NCBI GenBank assembly: GCA_951406725.2
Contig: OX597816.1
Coordinates: 176,328,001 to 176,392,000 of the forward strand
DNA: 64,000 bases
DNA from: Octopus vulgaris
Taxonomy: Eukaryota
Direction of reading: 5' to 3'
In this document: piece after piece, positions 45,850 through 57,391 of the stretch
How the letters are laid out: every line of letters begins with the position of its first letter
Numbering within the stretch: the first letter of the stretch is position 1
Translations under genes and position numbers: made by a program
Notes under the pieces: model-generated
Told to the model about the DNA's origin: nothing
The model's input: only the letters and a program-made list of their open reading frames with translations
Databases searched by the model: none

Positions 45850-48800
45850 ATGAAGCATGCCTAACAAACAAACACCACCACAACAACCCTCTTCTTTTCA
45901 GGCGCTGATTAACATTCCTCCTCCCCAAACCTCATCCCACATTCCCTTCCCAGTTTTCAGATTTGGCACTGTCAATGTTGGCACAATGAGAGGTAGGTCT
46001 AGTGAGATTGTAGAAATGCTTGAAAGGAGACGGGTTGATGTATGCTGCATACAAGAGGTAAGATGGAGAGGAGCTTCAGCTAAGGTCCTCACAGGCAAGG
46101 CACATAGGTACAAATTCTTCTGGCAAGGTAACATGGATGATGTAGGGGGTGTAGGCATACTCTTCTCAGAGAAATGGGTGGATAAGGTTATAGAGGTTGT
46201 TAGGGTTTGTGATAGGGTGCTTAAGCTTAGGCTGGTCCTGCAGAACAGCACAGCTACTATCATCTCTGCCTATGCCCCACATGCGGGGCTACCAAATGCT
46301 CAGAAGAACCACTTATATGATACCCTTCTACAGGCTACCTCAAAGACGAGTGGCAATGACCTCATCTTTGTGGCCGGAGACTTTAATGGACATGTCGGGT
46401 GGGAAGCAGGTATCTTCAGACCTAGAGTTATGTGGTGGTGAAATAGTACAGTAGTCAAAGCCATTAGAGCAAAGGAACAGACCTGGAAAGTCTGGAAGGG
46501 TGGGGGCAACAGGGAACTGTACCAAGTAGCCAAAAGGGAGGCTGTGCAGCAGGTATACATAGCCAAGGGTGAAGTGGAAAAGAAGAAGTTTGCCAATGTC
46601 CAGCGACATGAGGACCAAAGAACTTAGGTATTTCGGATTGCAAGACAGTATGTGAGAGAAAATTGTGATGTCACAGGAGAGAAGTGAATCTGCATGGATG
46701 ATGGTGCAGTTGCTTTTAATGATTCTGGAAAGAAAGAGGCTTCGAGAAGCCATTATGAAAGACTGCTGAATGTGGAGAATGAATGGGTGGAGGAGAGCCT
46801 GCCAAATGTTGACCCAGTAGAGGGACCAGCTATCCGAATAGACAGCTCCCTGGTAGATAAAGCAATTAAAGGTATGAAACCAGGAAAAGCCCCTGGCCCA
46901 TAGGAATCACTGCTGAGATGCTTTAAACATCTGGTGGTGTGGGCTATGGCTTAGTCACCCGCATTGTAAACCAGGTAGTTCATGATGCAATCATACGCAA
47001 TGACTGGCGTAGCAGCACCATAATCAACTGCTACAAGGGTAGAGGTGATGCTCTAGATAGAAATAACTACGGGGGTATTAAACTGCTGGACCAAGTAATG
47101 AAGGTCTCGGAGAGGGTCATAGCCCATCTCATTAGGGAGAGGGTCTGCTTAGATGAGATACAGTTCGGTTTTGTGCCGGGTAGAAGCACCACTGATGCCA
47201 TATACCTGGTTCGACAACTGCTGGAGAAATACATAGCTAAAGATAAACCCCTATATTTAGCTTTTGTGGACTTGGAGAAAGCCTTTGATAGGGTCTCCTA
47301 ATCCATTATCTGGTGGGCGATGTGGAAACTGGAGATTGTGGAATGGTTAATAAGGGCTTTGCAGGCCCTATACAGAAAGGCCGTTAGTAAGGTTAGGATT
47401 GGCAATGAGTATAGTGAAGAATTCTGGGTAGAAATAGGGGTCCACCACAGTTCAGCCCTCAGTCCCCTTTTATTCATCATAGTCCTCCAGGAAATATCTG
47501 AGGAATTCAAGATGGGTTGCCCCTAGGAGCTCCTCTATGCTGATGACCTGGCCCTCATAGCAGAATCACTACAAGAACTAGAAAAGAAATTTCAAATGTG
47601 GAAACAAGTTTCAGAGTCAATGCAGCAAAGACCAAAGTTCAAGTAAGTAGTAAGGTGAACTCATCACACACCCATTCAGGTAGGTGGCCCTGCTTAATCT
47701 GTAGGAAAAGGTGTAGGTAGAAACTCCATAAGATGTACCCAGTGTAAGCTATGGACACATAAGAAGTGCAGCAACATCAAAGGAAGACTAACCGAGAAGA
47801 TAGCTTTCATGTGCAGCAGATGCACAGAGACAATAGACACCACAAATGCTCAGAAAACAGATTCTATCACACTCCAGGGGGAAGAAACTAGAAGTAGTTG
47901 ATAGCTTCTCCACTACCTAGGTGGCCAAGTTAGTAGTAGGGGTGGATGCTCAGAGAGTGTTACCACTAGAATGAGAATAGCTTGGGCAAAGTTTAGAAAG
48001 TTTCTACTGGTGACAAAGGGCCTCTCGCTCAGAGTGCAAGGTAGATTGTACGATGCATGTATGCGAACTGCCATGCTTCACAATAGTGAAACATCGGCTG
48101 TGACTGCAGAGGACATGTGTAGGCTTGAAAGAAATGAAGCTAGCATGATCTGCTGGATGTGTAATGTCAGTGTGCACACACGACAGAGTGTAAGTGCCCT
48201 GAGAGAAATGCTGGACATAAGAAGCATTGGATGTGGTGTGCAAGAGAGACGCTTGCGCTGGTTTGGTCATGTATTATGGATGGATGAGGAGAGATGTATG
48301 AAGAAGTGCCACTCCCAAACTGTTGAAGGAATCTGGGGTAGAGATAGACATGAGATGAGGTGATCAAGCATGACCTTCAAACATTAGGCCTCACAGAGGC
48401 AATGACGAAAGACCAAGATCTCTGGAGATATGCTGTGACTGCAAAGACCTAACAAATAAAGTGAGTCCACTGTGTATCCTCCACGAGCTTCACATAACCA
48501 GCACCAGCCTATTCAAAGTACCTTGGATCATAGGACAACCTGCTGTGCTTAATTTGGATCGTTGGGTGACATGCTGTACTTGAGGAGACCTATTGAGTCA
48601 AGTACATCAACTTCAAATTAAAAATCAAATGGAAATTGTAGTTGTGATCCCTGTGCCGGCGGCACGTAAAAAGCACCATCCAAACATGGCTGATGCCAGT
48701 GCCACCTTCACTGGATTCCGTGCCAGTGGCATGTAAAAAGCACCAACCGATCGTGACCATTACCAGCCTTCTCTGGCCCCAATGCTGGTGGCACGTAGCA

Positions 48801-48952
48801 AGCACCTACTACACTCACAGAGTGGTTGGCATTAGGAAGGGCATCCAGCTCTAGAAACACTGCCAGAGCAGACTGGAGCCTAGTGCAGCCTCCTGGCTTT
48901 CCAGACCTCGGTCAAACATCCAACCCATGCTAGCATGGAAAACAGACGTTAA
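45850..48952 (+). mobile_element. Near full-length RTE-clade LINE (APE endonuclease, RT, PHD-like module, 3' UTR), inactive
   Basis: APE: FGTVNVGTM..CCIQEVRWRG..SAYAPH..AGDFNGHVG (ORF 45857-46441); RT: QFGFVPGRSTTDAI..FVDLEKAFDRV (ORF 46939) and YADD at 47536-47547; C-terminal RRLRWFGHV. Stops, frameshifts and an internal deletion after the EN domain. Confidence 0.95.
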
Positions 48953-48987
48953 ATATATATATATATATATACAAATCTATATATATT

Positions 48988-49027
<40 letters not shown>

Positions 49028-49084
49028 AATGTATATATATTTGTATATATATATATGTGTGTGTGTATATAAATCCATTAAAAT

Positions 49085-51330
49085 GTTTCAGCCCAAAAGC
49101 TGTGGCTATGCTGGGGCACCACCGCTGAATGAGCTACACTAGTTTGTGAATCCACCTCTGATATGTGGCATTTGGTCAACAAGGGAGTTCGACGCCGCTG
49201 CCCGCATCAGTGTTTCCTGCCGAGGTAGTTTCATTTGGAACCCCTGACAAGAAGAGATCCAGTTTAGTTTTAAAGAAACCCACATCCACACCATGCAGGT
49301 CTCTCAGGCATTTAGGAAGGATATTGAAGAGCTGTGGTCCCTTGAAACCCAAGCTGTTGCAGTATCTGGTCCTGTATTCTGATGGTGATGTTGGGATCTT
49401 TGGCACCATGCAGTAGCACCCCATTCTGCTGTTGGGGTAACTTTCAAAGCCAAAATTTGGGACAAGACCCTCCAGGATTTTCCAGATGTATATCACTGCA
49501 TATCTCTCCCACCTTCACTTCAGGGAGAAGAGTTTTAATACCTTCAGTCTTTCTCAGTAGCTGATATGTTTTATTGAGACAATCTTTTTAGTGTAGCTTC
49601 GTTGGATTGCTTCGAGTTCTGCTGTTAGTTTTATATTGTGTGGTGACCATAGTTGGGAGCAGTAGTCCAAGCGGCTGAGGACGAAAGTTTTCCACAGGAC
49701 CATCAGTGTCTCCTTCTCTCTTGTTCTGAAAGTTCGGAGAATCCATCCAGCTAGCCGTCTGCATTTTATCACCAAATTAGTAATATGCACTTGGAAAGAT
49801 GCATCATTGCTCATGTCAATGCCCAGGCCGCGCACTGATTTTGACTCAGGGATTGCAATTCTTCCCGGGCCAGTGTATCCAGTCTGCATGTCGTTTACTT
49901 TTGTGTGCCGGTAGCGCAGGGCCTGGAACTTACCTACATTAAACTACATACTGTTGTACTCAGCCCACCTGTATATTGTATCCAACTCCTGTTGCAGATG
50001 TGCAATATTTCCAGGGTTTTGTATTGTGTGGGAGACTTTTGTGTCATCTGCATAGCTAGCAAGGGTGGCCATCTTAGCAACTGAGGACATGTCTGAAAGG
50101 GCCACTATGTACAGCAGTGGCCCCAAGACAGTGCCCTGTGGAACACCGCTTGTTATTTGTATTTCCTTGGAGGAGGCTCCATTGCTCACAACTGCCTGTC
50201 TTCTGTCTTTTAGGAAGTTGTGCAGCCACTCTCCAAGTTTTCCGTCTATGGTGAGATCACGCAGTTTGTGACAGATCATACCATGCTCGACTTTATCAAA
50301 GGCTTTTGCAAAGTCGAGATATATCACATCCACACTTGAGCCATTTAGTAGCTGTTTTAACACCCAGTCATAGTGTTGCAGGAGCTGTGTTAGGCAGCTT
50401 CTACCTGGTCGAAATCCATGCTGGGTGTCAGTCAGCAAGTCACTGACTTCAAGGAACATGATTAGTTTCTTGTGGACTATTTGTTCCATGACTTTGCTGA
50501 TGTGTGAGGTCAGAGAGATAGGCCTATAATTTTTAGCATCTGCTCTGCTTCCTCCCTTATGGATAGGGCATATTACCCCTTCTTTCAATTTGACTGGGAG
50601 CTTACCACTTGCAAGAAAGCTCTGAAAAAGAAGCTGTAGCAGTTTTGCAAGGGCTCATTTGCACAATTTGAGAAGGATCACTGGAAATCCATCAGGTCCA
50701 GCAGCTGAGTTTGTGTCAATCTCATCTATGGCTAGTGTGATATCATCATCTTCAATGTTGATGTACTAAATTTTTGCCTCTTTGGCCACAGGTAATGTGG
50801 CAAAGAATTCTTCTGGGTTGTTTACTTGCCTGTGTACTAAAGGTGTAGTGAACACACTTTGGAACTGTTCGTTCAGTATTTCACTTATCCTCATTGGATT
50901 TCCTGTGAGGGAACCATCTTTGTGGAAGAGAGGTTCTATCCTCTGGCACACTGCGGCCATCTCTTTGGCAAACTTAAAGAAGGCTTTTGGGTTTGACTTG
51001 ATATTTTGTATAACCCAAGCTTCTTTATCTGCTCTCTCCTTTTCATGAGACTGATGCAAACTTTTCTCAATTTCCATTAGCATTCTCTCGAGCCAAGACT
51101 TCTCACCACTTTTGGTGTGCTTGCTCAGTCAGTTCGCAATCTTGTCCATCGTCTCATAAGAATCTTCCTTTCTCTAATGATCCTGTTTTTGTGTGTGCTG
51201 GCCCTGCACACTGGGACATATTTGTCACATATGGCTTGTATTATGGACATGAAACGTATGTGTTTCATGTCAATGTCTGGTGTGGAGAGACATTTAGGCT
51301 ACAATTTGCTTTATGAAAGCATATCTTCAA
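49085..51330 (-). mobile_element. 5'-truncated CR1-group LINE, tail-to-tail with the RTE
   Basis: NYRPISLTS, QHGFRPGRSC, YLDFAKAFDKV, GVPQGTVLGPLL and YADDTK (ORF 49944-50588); SRLDYCSQLWSP (ORF 49554); C-terminus in ORF 49176-49496. Confidence 0.93.
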
Positions 51331-52511
51331 AGAAAAGTTGAAGAAAATACTTTCTGCGCTTTCAGAATCAATTTTGTCATCACTACTCAACAGCTCTAAG
51401 TATAAATTCAAATCTGAATCATATAGTTTGCTAGAATGTATAGATGACACTTACATATCACTTCAATAGTCTCCAAGTCCAAAATCTTTCTCTCTATTTA
51501 AATGAGAGGTAGGGGAACTTTTTCAACCAATTCCCCCCAAATATATTTATTTATGCCAATATTATTCCCTTCATTGGAAGGGAAGAAAATCATAGATTCT
51601 TTGAATTCAAAAGGTTTATTGAATCTATTTCATTGAATCTATTTCTGCATCCATTACATTGGACAGATGCAGTGTTGTCAGAATAAAAATTTCTGTTGGA
51701 ACAAGGAACACGTTTTATTTATAATTTTACTTATGTCTAATGAGTCCTTGCCACCCTCAGGAATTTCGTTTTTACTCCACTTGGGGTAATTTATCCTGGT
51801 TTGCCAACCCCTAATTTAAATCATTAAGTCACCAACTGTGACTCACTTGATCATAGAAGAAAACGTGGTGTAAATTGCAAACAATTAATGCACATGGTGT
51901 AAGCAAGAAGTCATTTAACAGGAAGTTTTTTGTAGAATGATGCTAAACTTAGCTCCTGTTTTTCATTTCCAAACTGCAACATACAGGTACATGCAGTTTG
52001 GGACTTGGTGATAGCGCTGGCTATATGCAGTAAAAATTAAAGCAGTATTTTTTATTGTAGTGTATAAATAACTGAATAAACACCGATATATTTCAAGTAC
52101 TTATTAAAATGAAAATACTGATAGGTTTTAACTTTTTCTTGACTTTCTCATGGCATAAACTTTTGGAATGTTTTTTGAGCAAAAATTGAATTTGTTAATC
52201 TTTTTTAGTGCACATTTGACAATGTTCTGTGTATGAATAATACATGATGAAATAATACTTAAGAAATGGATTTTGATACAATCCTTTATTTGTGTTTAAT
52301 TTCTGGGAAAATAGTTTACTTTTAAATAAGTCATCTTAATGGAACACTGAAAATATGCTCCCTATTAGGAGGGAATTCTTGCAATCAAAATGTTTCTTTT
52401 GTGTGTGTGTGTGTGTGTGTGTGTGCATATCATACTTTCAAGTTTTGACTGATCAGCAACTTTTTCAGGGAAAGAAACATTAAAAACTAAATGACAATTC
52501 TTTTCTTACAG

Positions 52512-52709
52512 CAAAGCAGAGCTCATGTATTGGCCCATCCAAACAGTATCAACATAATTGCTCAAAGCCTCAGCTCAGAAAACATTAAAACAAAAATAGC
52601 TGCTTTAGAAATCCTTGGAGCCATGTGTTTGGTACCTGGTGGACACCGTAAAGTTTTGGAAGCAATGCTACATTATCAGAAGTATGCTTGTGAAAGAGCA
52701 CGATTCCAA
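52512..52709 (+). CDS. DAAM: DAAM-like formin, exon 6 ([28 protein letters not shown]...CERARFQ)
   Basis: Acceptor ttttcttacag, donor GTAAGT at 52710, 198 nt, phase 0/0. Carries the LEILGA.CLVPGGH.KVL motif characteristic of DAAM. Confidence 0.97.
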
Positions 52710-52752
52710 GTAAGTTAAAATTCTATTGCTGTTAAAGAAATACACATCCATT

Positions 52753-53158
52753 ACTCTCTTTTATTCATTTACTTGTTTCAGTCATTTGACTGTGGCCATG
52801 CTGGAGCACTGCCTTTAATCGAGCAACTTGACCCCGGGACTTATTCTTTTTGTAAGCCCAGTACTTATTCTATCGGTCTCTTTTTGCCGCACTGCTAAGT
52901 AACGGGGACATAAACACACCAGCAACGGTTGTCAAGCAATGCTAGGGGGACAAACACAGACACACACACGCATATATATATATATACACATATATACGAC
53001 GGGCTTCTTTCAGTTTCCGCCTACCAAATCCACTCACAAGGCTTTGGTCGGCCCGGGGCTATAGCAGAAGACACTTGCCCAAGGTGCCACGCAGTGGGAG
53101 TGAACCCGGAACCATGTGGTTGGTTAGCAAGCTACTTACCACACAGCCACTCCTGCGC
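52753..53158 (-). mobile_element. SINE family A copy, ~43 nt downstream of the exon 6 donor
   Basis: Matches the family sequence. Confidence 0.9.
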
Positions 53159-53598
53159 CACTCCTGTGCAACTTTTCTTACTCAAAATAACACCTTCCAC
53201 AATCACATTATGACAATAAGCTCAAACAACTGTAAGTATAATTTCAAATATTATTTCAGCCATATTTTAATGTATACTATATCCAGACATACACCTACAT
53301 GTTATTACATGTACACTAACATATGGTCATAATGATGCACTGACACAAACATCAATGCGCATGTACATACACGCATAAAAGTGGGGTTATTCATGCAAGC
53401 AAGTTAATGATTAACAATACTCACAAAGATACAGACAATATGTAATCACATATGAATGAAAACCAGAAAATATATTCATATGTAAATACATGATGACTGC
53501 CTCATCTTGTCAGGCAATAGTTGTCTTAGATTCAGTTTGATTGTTATGAATCATCCTTACATGTTCATGGAAATGACTTTTCACACTACACATCCATT

Positions 53599-53993
53599 AC
53601 TCTCTTTTACTTGTTTCAGTCATTTGACTGCGGCCATGCTGGAGCACCGCCTTTAATCGAGCAACTCGACCCCGGGACTTATTCTTTTGTAAGCCCAGTA
53701 CTTATTCTATCGGTCTCTTTTGCCGAACCGCTAAGTAACGGGGATGTAAACACACCAGCATCGGTTGTCAAGCGATGTTAGGGGGACAAACACCGACACA
53801 CAAACATACACGCACACATATACATATATACGATGGGCTTCTTTCAGTTTCCGCCTACCAAATCCACTCACAAGGCATTGGTCGGCCCGGGGCTATAGCA
53901 GAAGACACTTGCCCAAGGTGCCACGCAGTGGGTCTGAACCCAGAACCATGTGGTTGGTTAGTAAGCTACTTACCACAAAGCCACTCCTGCACC
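53599..53993 (-). mobile_element. SINE family A copy
   Basis: Matches the family sequence. Confidence 0.9.
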
Positions 53994-54273
53994 ATTGATT
54001 ACATAAAACAAAAAATGGATCAAGGAGACATCTGTACATCATTGATTTTAAGTGACCTGTGAAACATTTTTGTCCCCTTCACAGTCACCATAGTAGGTCT
54101 CACTGACAAGCATTGCAAAATGATCGGTACTACTTTGTCTGCAAGTTTTATGCGAGAGTATCTTTCTTCTAAAAGAGCTACCTTCTCCATGGCTTTGTCA
54201 AAAATAATGGGAACTTTTTCAATCTCTGCAAAATCCATTTAACTTATAGATGGAACCCTAACAGGTACTACTA

Positions 54274-54506
54274 CAAGGTGGCGAGCTGGCAGAAACATTA
54301 GCACGCCGGGCGAAATGCTTCGCGGTATTTCGTCTGGCGCAACGTTGTGAGTTCAAATTCCGCCGAGGTCAACTTTGCCTTTCATCCTTTCAGGGTCGAT
54401 AAATTAAGTACCAGTTACGCACTGGGGTCGATGTAATCGACTTAATACCTATGTCTGTCCTTGTTTGTCCCCCCTATGTTTAGCCCCTTGTGGGTAATAA
54501 AGAAAT
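54274..54506 (+). mobile_element. SINE family D (Meta-domain-like), intact
   Basis: 11-bp TSD aggtactacta at 54263-54273 and 54507-54517; matches 35399-35632. Confidence 0.9.
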
Positions 54507-54889
54507 AGGTACTACTATTCTTGGTCAGAACAGACCTGAAAGTAATGGCAATTATTGACTGACTCCATGCTACCGACAACTTCTGAACTGAAGCCTCACC
54601 ACCAGATGCAGTTTAATGTCATACCCAGGACATATATACATACACACATATACTGATTCTTAACTCAATCATTGTAAAAAAAAAGACATTTGAACAACTT
54701 TTTTTGCAGTGTTTTAATTTTTTTATGTGTCATTTACAATGGAAATTGAATGTCAAGAGCACAGTTGCTTGTGGAGGAGAGTGGTCATGGTATCAGAGTG
54801 TTCTGTATTCTATCATTTTAGCAGCAGGATAGAAAGAGCCAAATTATAAAAAATGAGAGTATGAATTACAAATATCTTCGTTAGCTGAA

Positions 54890-55675
54890 AGTTGCATAAT
54901 TCTATGTGAAATACCTTTTATGAAAGAATTAATTATGGAGTGGCGTGATTGGAAAATTTGCTAACATTTCTAGTGGTTTCCTCTGATTTTCTATAAGAGT
55001 AGTATAGTCTGGATTTAAGGTTTAATGAGATGTCTAAGAAGTTAACTATTCTTGTTCCTTGTTCAAAAAATTTCAGTTGAATTTTCTAATTTTTTTTACA
55101 TGTTCTTTCTAGTATAACTTTACTATTAGTAGGTAATAAGAGCATGTCATCCCTGTAAAGATCACCATGAAGATCTGGGAGTTCTTTAGTGAAGCAATGT
55201 AAAAGGTAGATTCCTACAATGTCTGTAACCTGGGCTGAGTCACCCGACCTCATGGCTATATCAAAGTTGGCAGGGTTAAAATCAATTACAGTTCCTCTAG
55301 CTAGTAGAATAATATCAATCTTATCCTTTGTAATGGATCTGCAGTTTCTTGCAGAAATAAGGGCCTTGTTTAGGACTATGGGGGAATAGTATGCATTTAT
55401 ATAAAATTGAAGGAATGAGTACTTAAAATCTGTAAGAATGTAAACCAGGAGAGAACTTCCTTGATGTTAGACCATAATTCAAGTTGAATTTTTGGAATAA
55501 ATTTTGGTATAATCTCATCTAAGATAGACTCCTTAAGTCGACCGATATCTGAGTTGGTAAGACTCATGAAGGTCTTTCCTAAAGACAATCCTTGTGGTCT
55601 TATAAAGTAATCTGAGGTTTGCAGGGTGTAAATGGGTTCAGTTCTATCTGTTAGTTTAAGATCCTCCATGATTGA
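54890..55675 (-). mobile_element. Penelope-like element RT fragment
   Basis: Minus-strand translation continuing from ORF 55397-55669: SDIGRLKESILDEI...FDIAMRSGDSAQVTDIVGIYLL...GDLYRDD, a PLE-type 'MGS..A...D.VG.Y.L..YRDD' pattern. Confidence 0.7.
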
Positions 55676-55682
55676 TACCTCT

Positions 55683-55980
55683 GTAATTATTTGTATCTAA
55701 GGCGTCACCTTTACCTTTGTAGCAATGGACTATGGTGCTGCTACACTAGTCATTGGGTATGACTCCTTCGTGTATCACCTGGTTAACTATACGGGTGACT
55801 AGGCTATAGCCAGCACTGCCAGATATTTTGAGCATCTCTGCGGTGATTCCTGATGGGCCGGGAGCTTTCCCTACCCTCATACTCTTGATTGCTCTAACTA
55901 CCAAGGTACTGTCAATTCAGATAGCTGGTCCCTCTGTCGGGTCGACATTCGGCAAACTCTCTTTCTCCCATTCATTCTCT
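55683..55980 (-). mobile_element. RTE internal fragment
   Basis: Reverse complement of 46775-47075 (ENEWEKESLPNVDPTEGPAI..., INCYKGKGDALD). Confidence 0.85.
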
Positions 55981-56265
55981 AAGAAATAAGTGGAAATTTT
56001 ACTGGTGAGTGTGTTACATTGTAAGGCACAAAACAAAATGACTGTCTCCAGACACAACAGAAAATGCTTCAACACATGAACTCATATTAAGAAACATGCA
56101 AACCAAATCCAAAAACGAAATATATTGATATTGATATATATAAACATATATATATGTATTGATATATATATATATATATATATTGATGTATATATACATA
56201 TATATTGATGTATATATACATATATATTTCTATTATTTTCTCCAACCCCTTTATATATATATAGC

Positions 56266-56303
<38 letters not shown>

Positions 56304-56328
56304 AAACAAACATTTTTTCTTCTTATAG

Positions 56329-56439
56329 TCTATAATCTATGATTTGGATCGAAGTACTGGTGTTTACAAGGAAGAAGTTGGATTGAAAACTGCCATCATG
56401 TCATTTATAAATGCCATATTGAATTATGGTGCTGGACAG
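56329..56439 (+). CDS. DAAM: DAAM-like formin, exon 7 ([37 protein letters not shown])
   Basis: Acceptor ttcttatag, donor GTAAAA at 56440, 111 nt, phase 0/0. Start of FH3/DID ([11 protein letters not shown]). Confidence 0.95.
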
Positions 56440-56730
56440 GTAAAATATAGTCTCATTAAAATTCTACATGAAGAATTGCATTTGAAGCGTTTAAGATATT
56501 TGTGGAAAAATTTTCGAAATAAATATCACTGATGAATAAAATAATTTAGCTAATATCAAGAATTTACAGTTTAAATTTTCGAAAAAATAAGGCTTAATTT
56601 CTTACAAGTACCAAGTTAGCAGTTCCACTAGTTCTAGTTTAGTAACTCCTAAATTGAATTATTTATTTATTTATTTATTTTATTTGTCTATAAATTTCAG
56701 CTTAATTTTTTCTTATTTGTTTTTCTGAAG

Positions 56731-56834
56731 ACTCAACTTGAATTCCGACTTCATCTTCGATATGAATTCTTGATGCTTGGTATTCAACCCGTTATTGATA
56801 AACTTCGCTCTCATGAAAATGCAGTCCTTGACAG
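56731..56834 (+). CDS. DAAM: DAAM-like formin, exon 8 ([35 protein letters not shown])
   Basis: Acceptor ttttctgaag, donor GTAAAA at 56835, 104 nt, phase 0/2. [22 protein letters not shown] is nearly invariant in DAAM proteins. Confidence 0.95.
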
Positions 56835-57391
56835 GTAAAATTAGTGACTATATTCTTACTAATGTGATAAGATGGAATGATGAGTGGAGTAGCAAACTAA
56901 TATTTATCTAAATTCTCAGATCACCGTTCACATGGGAAATTTATATATTTGGAAAGTATAACATTGTATGTCATTATAATATTATCAGTAAATGCAAGGG
57001 AGTTACATTAATTGGATAATGTTAATTTATGAAAATGGTTGAGTAAAAGGCATCAAAAAGTGACAAAGGTTAATGATTGAGAGGAAAATATGAAGAATGA
57101 GAGACTTTCATTTAAAGTCTCAGAGAATCATTTAGGTTATTGATTTAGAATGATTAGTCATTAAAATGGGACAAAGTAGGCTCACTAAAAGATATATGCA
57201 TGAAAAGAATTCTAGTAACTGAGAGCCAGAAAGTAGCACAGGGTTGCTTCGTAACCTGATGGGTTCATGACCATCAAGCTGAGCGACCTACCAATTACAT
57301 ACAGCTTGCTCTCAGCAAAAAGTGCTAATTAATCAAATAAGCAGGTGAGTCAAACTGTTACTCAAAATTGTAATGAAGAAAAGTATGCAGC

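Noticed and set aside
45857-48450. Retrotransposition-competent RTE
   Set aside because: Internal deletion after the endonuclease plus multiple stops and frameshifts.
48953-49075. (TA)n-rich tracts read as YIYIYI ORFs (also 41625-41655, 56120-56300, 59640-59690, 63585-63620)
   Set aside because: Simple microsatellites with no coding evidence.
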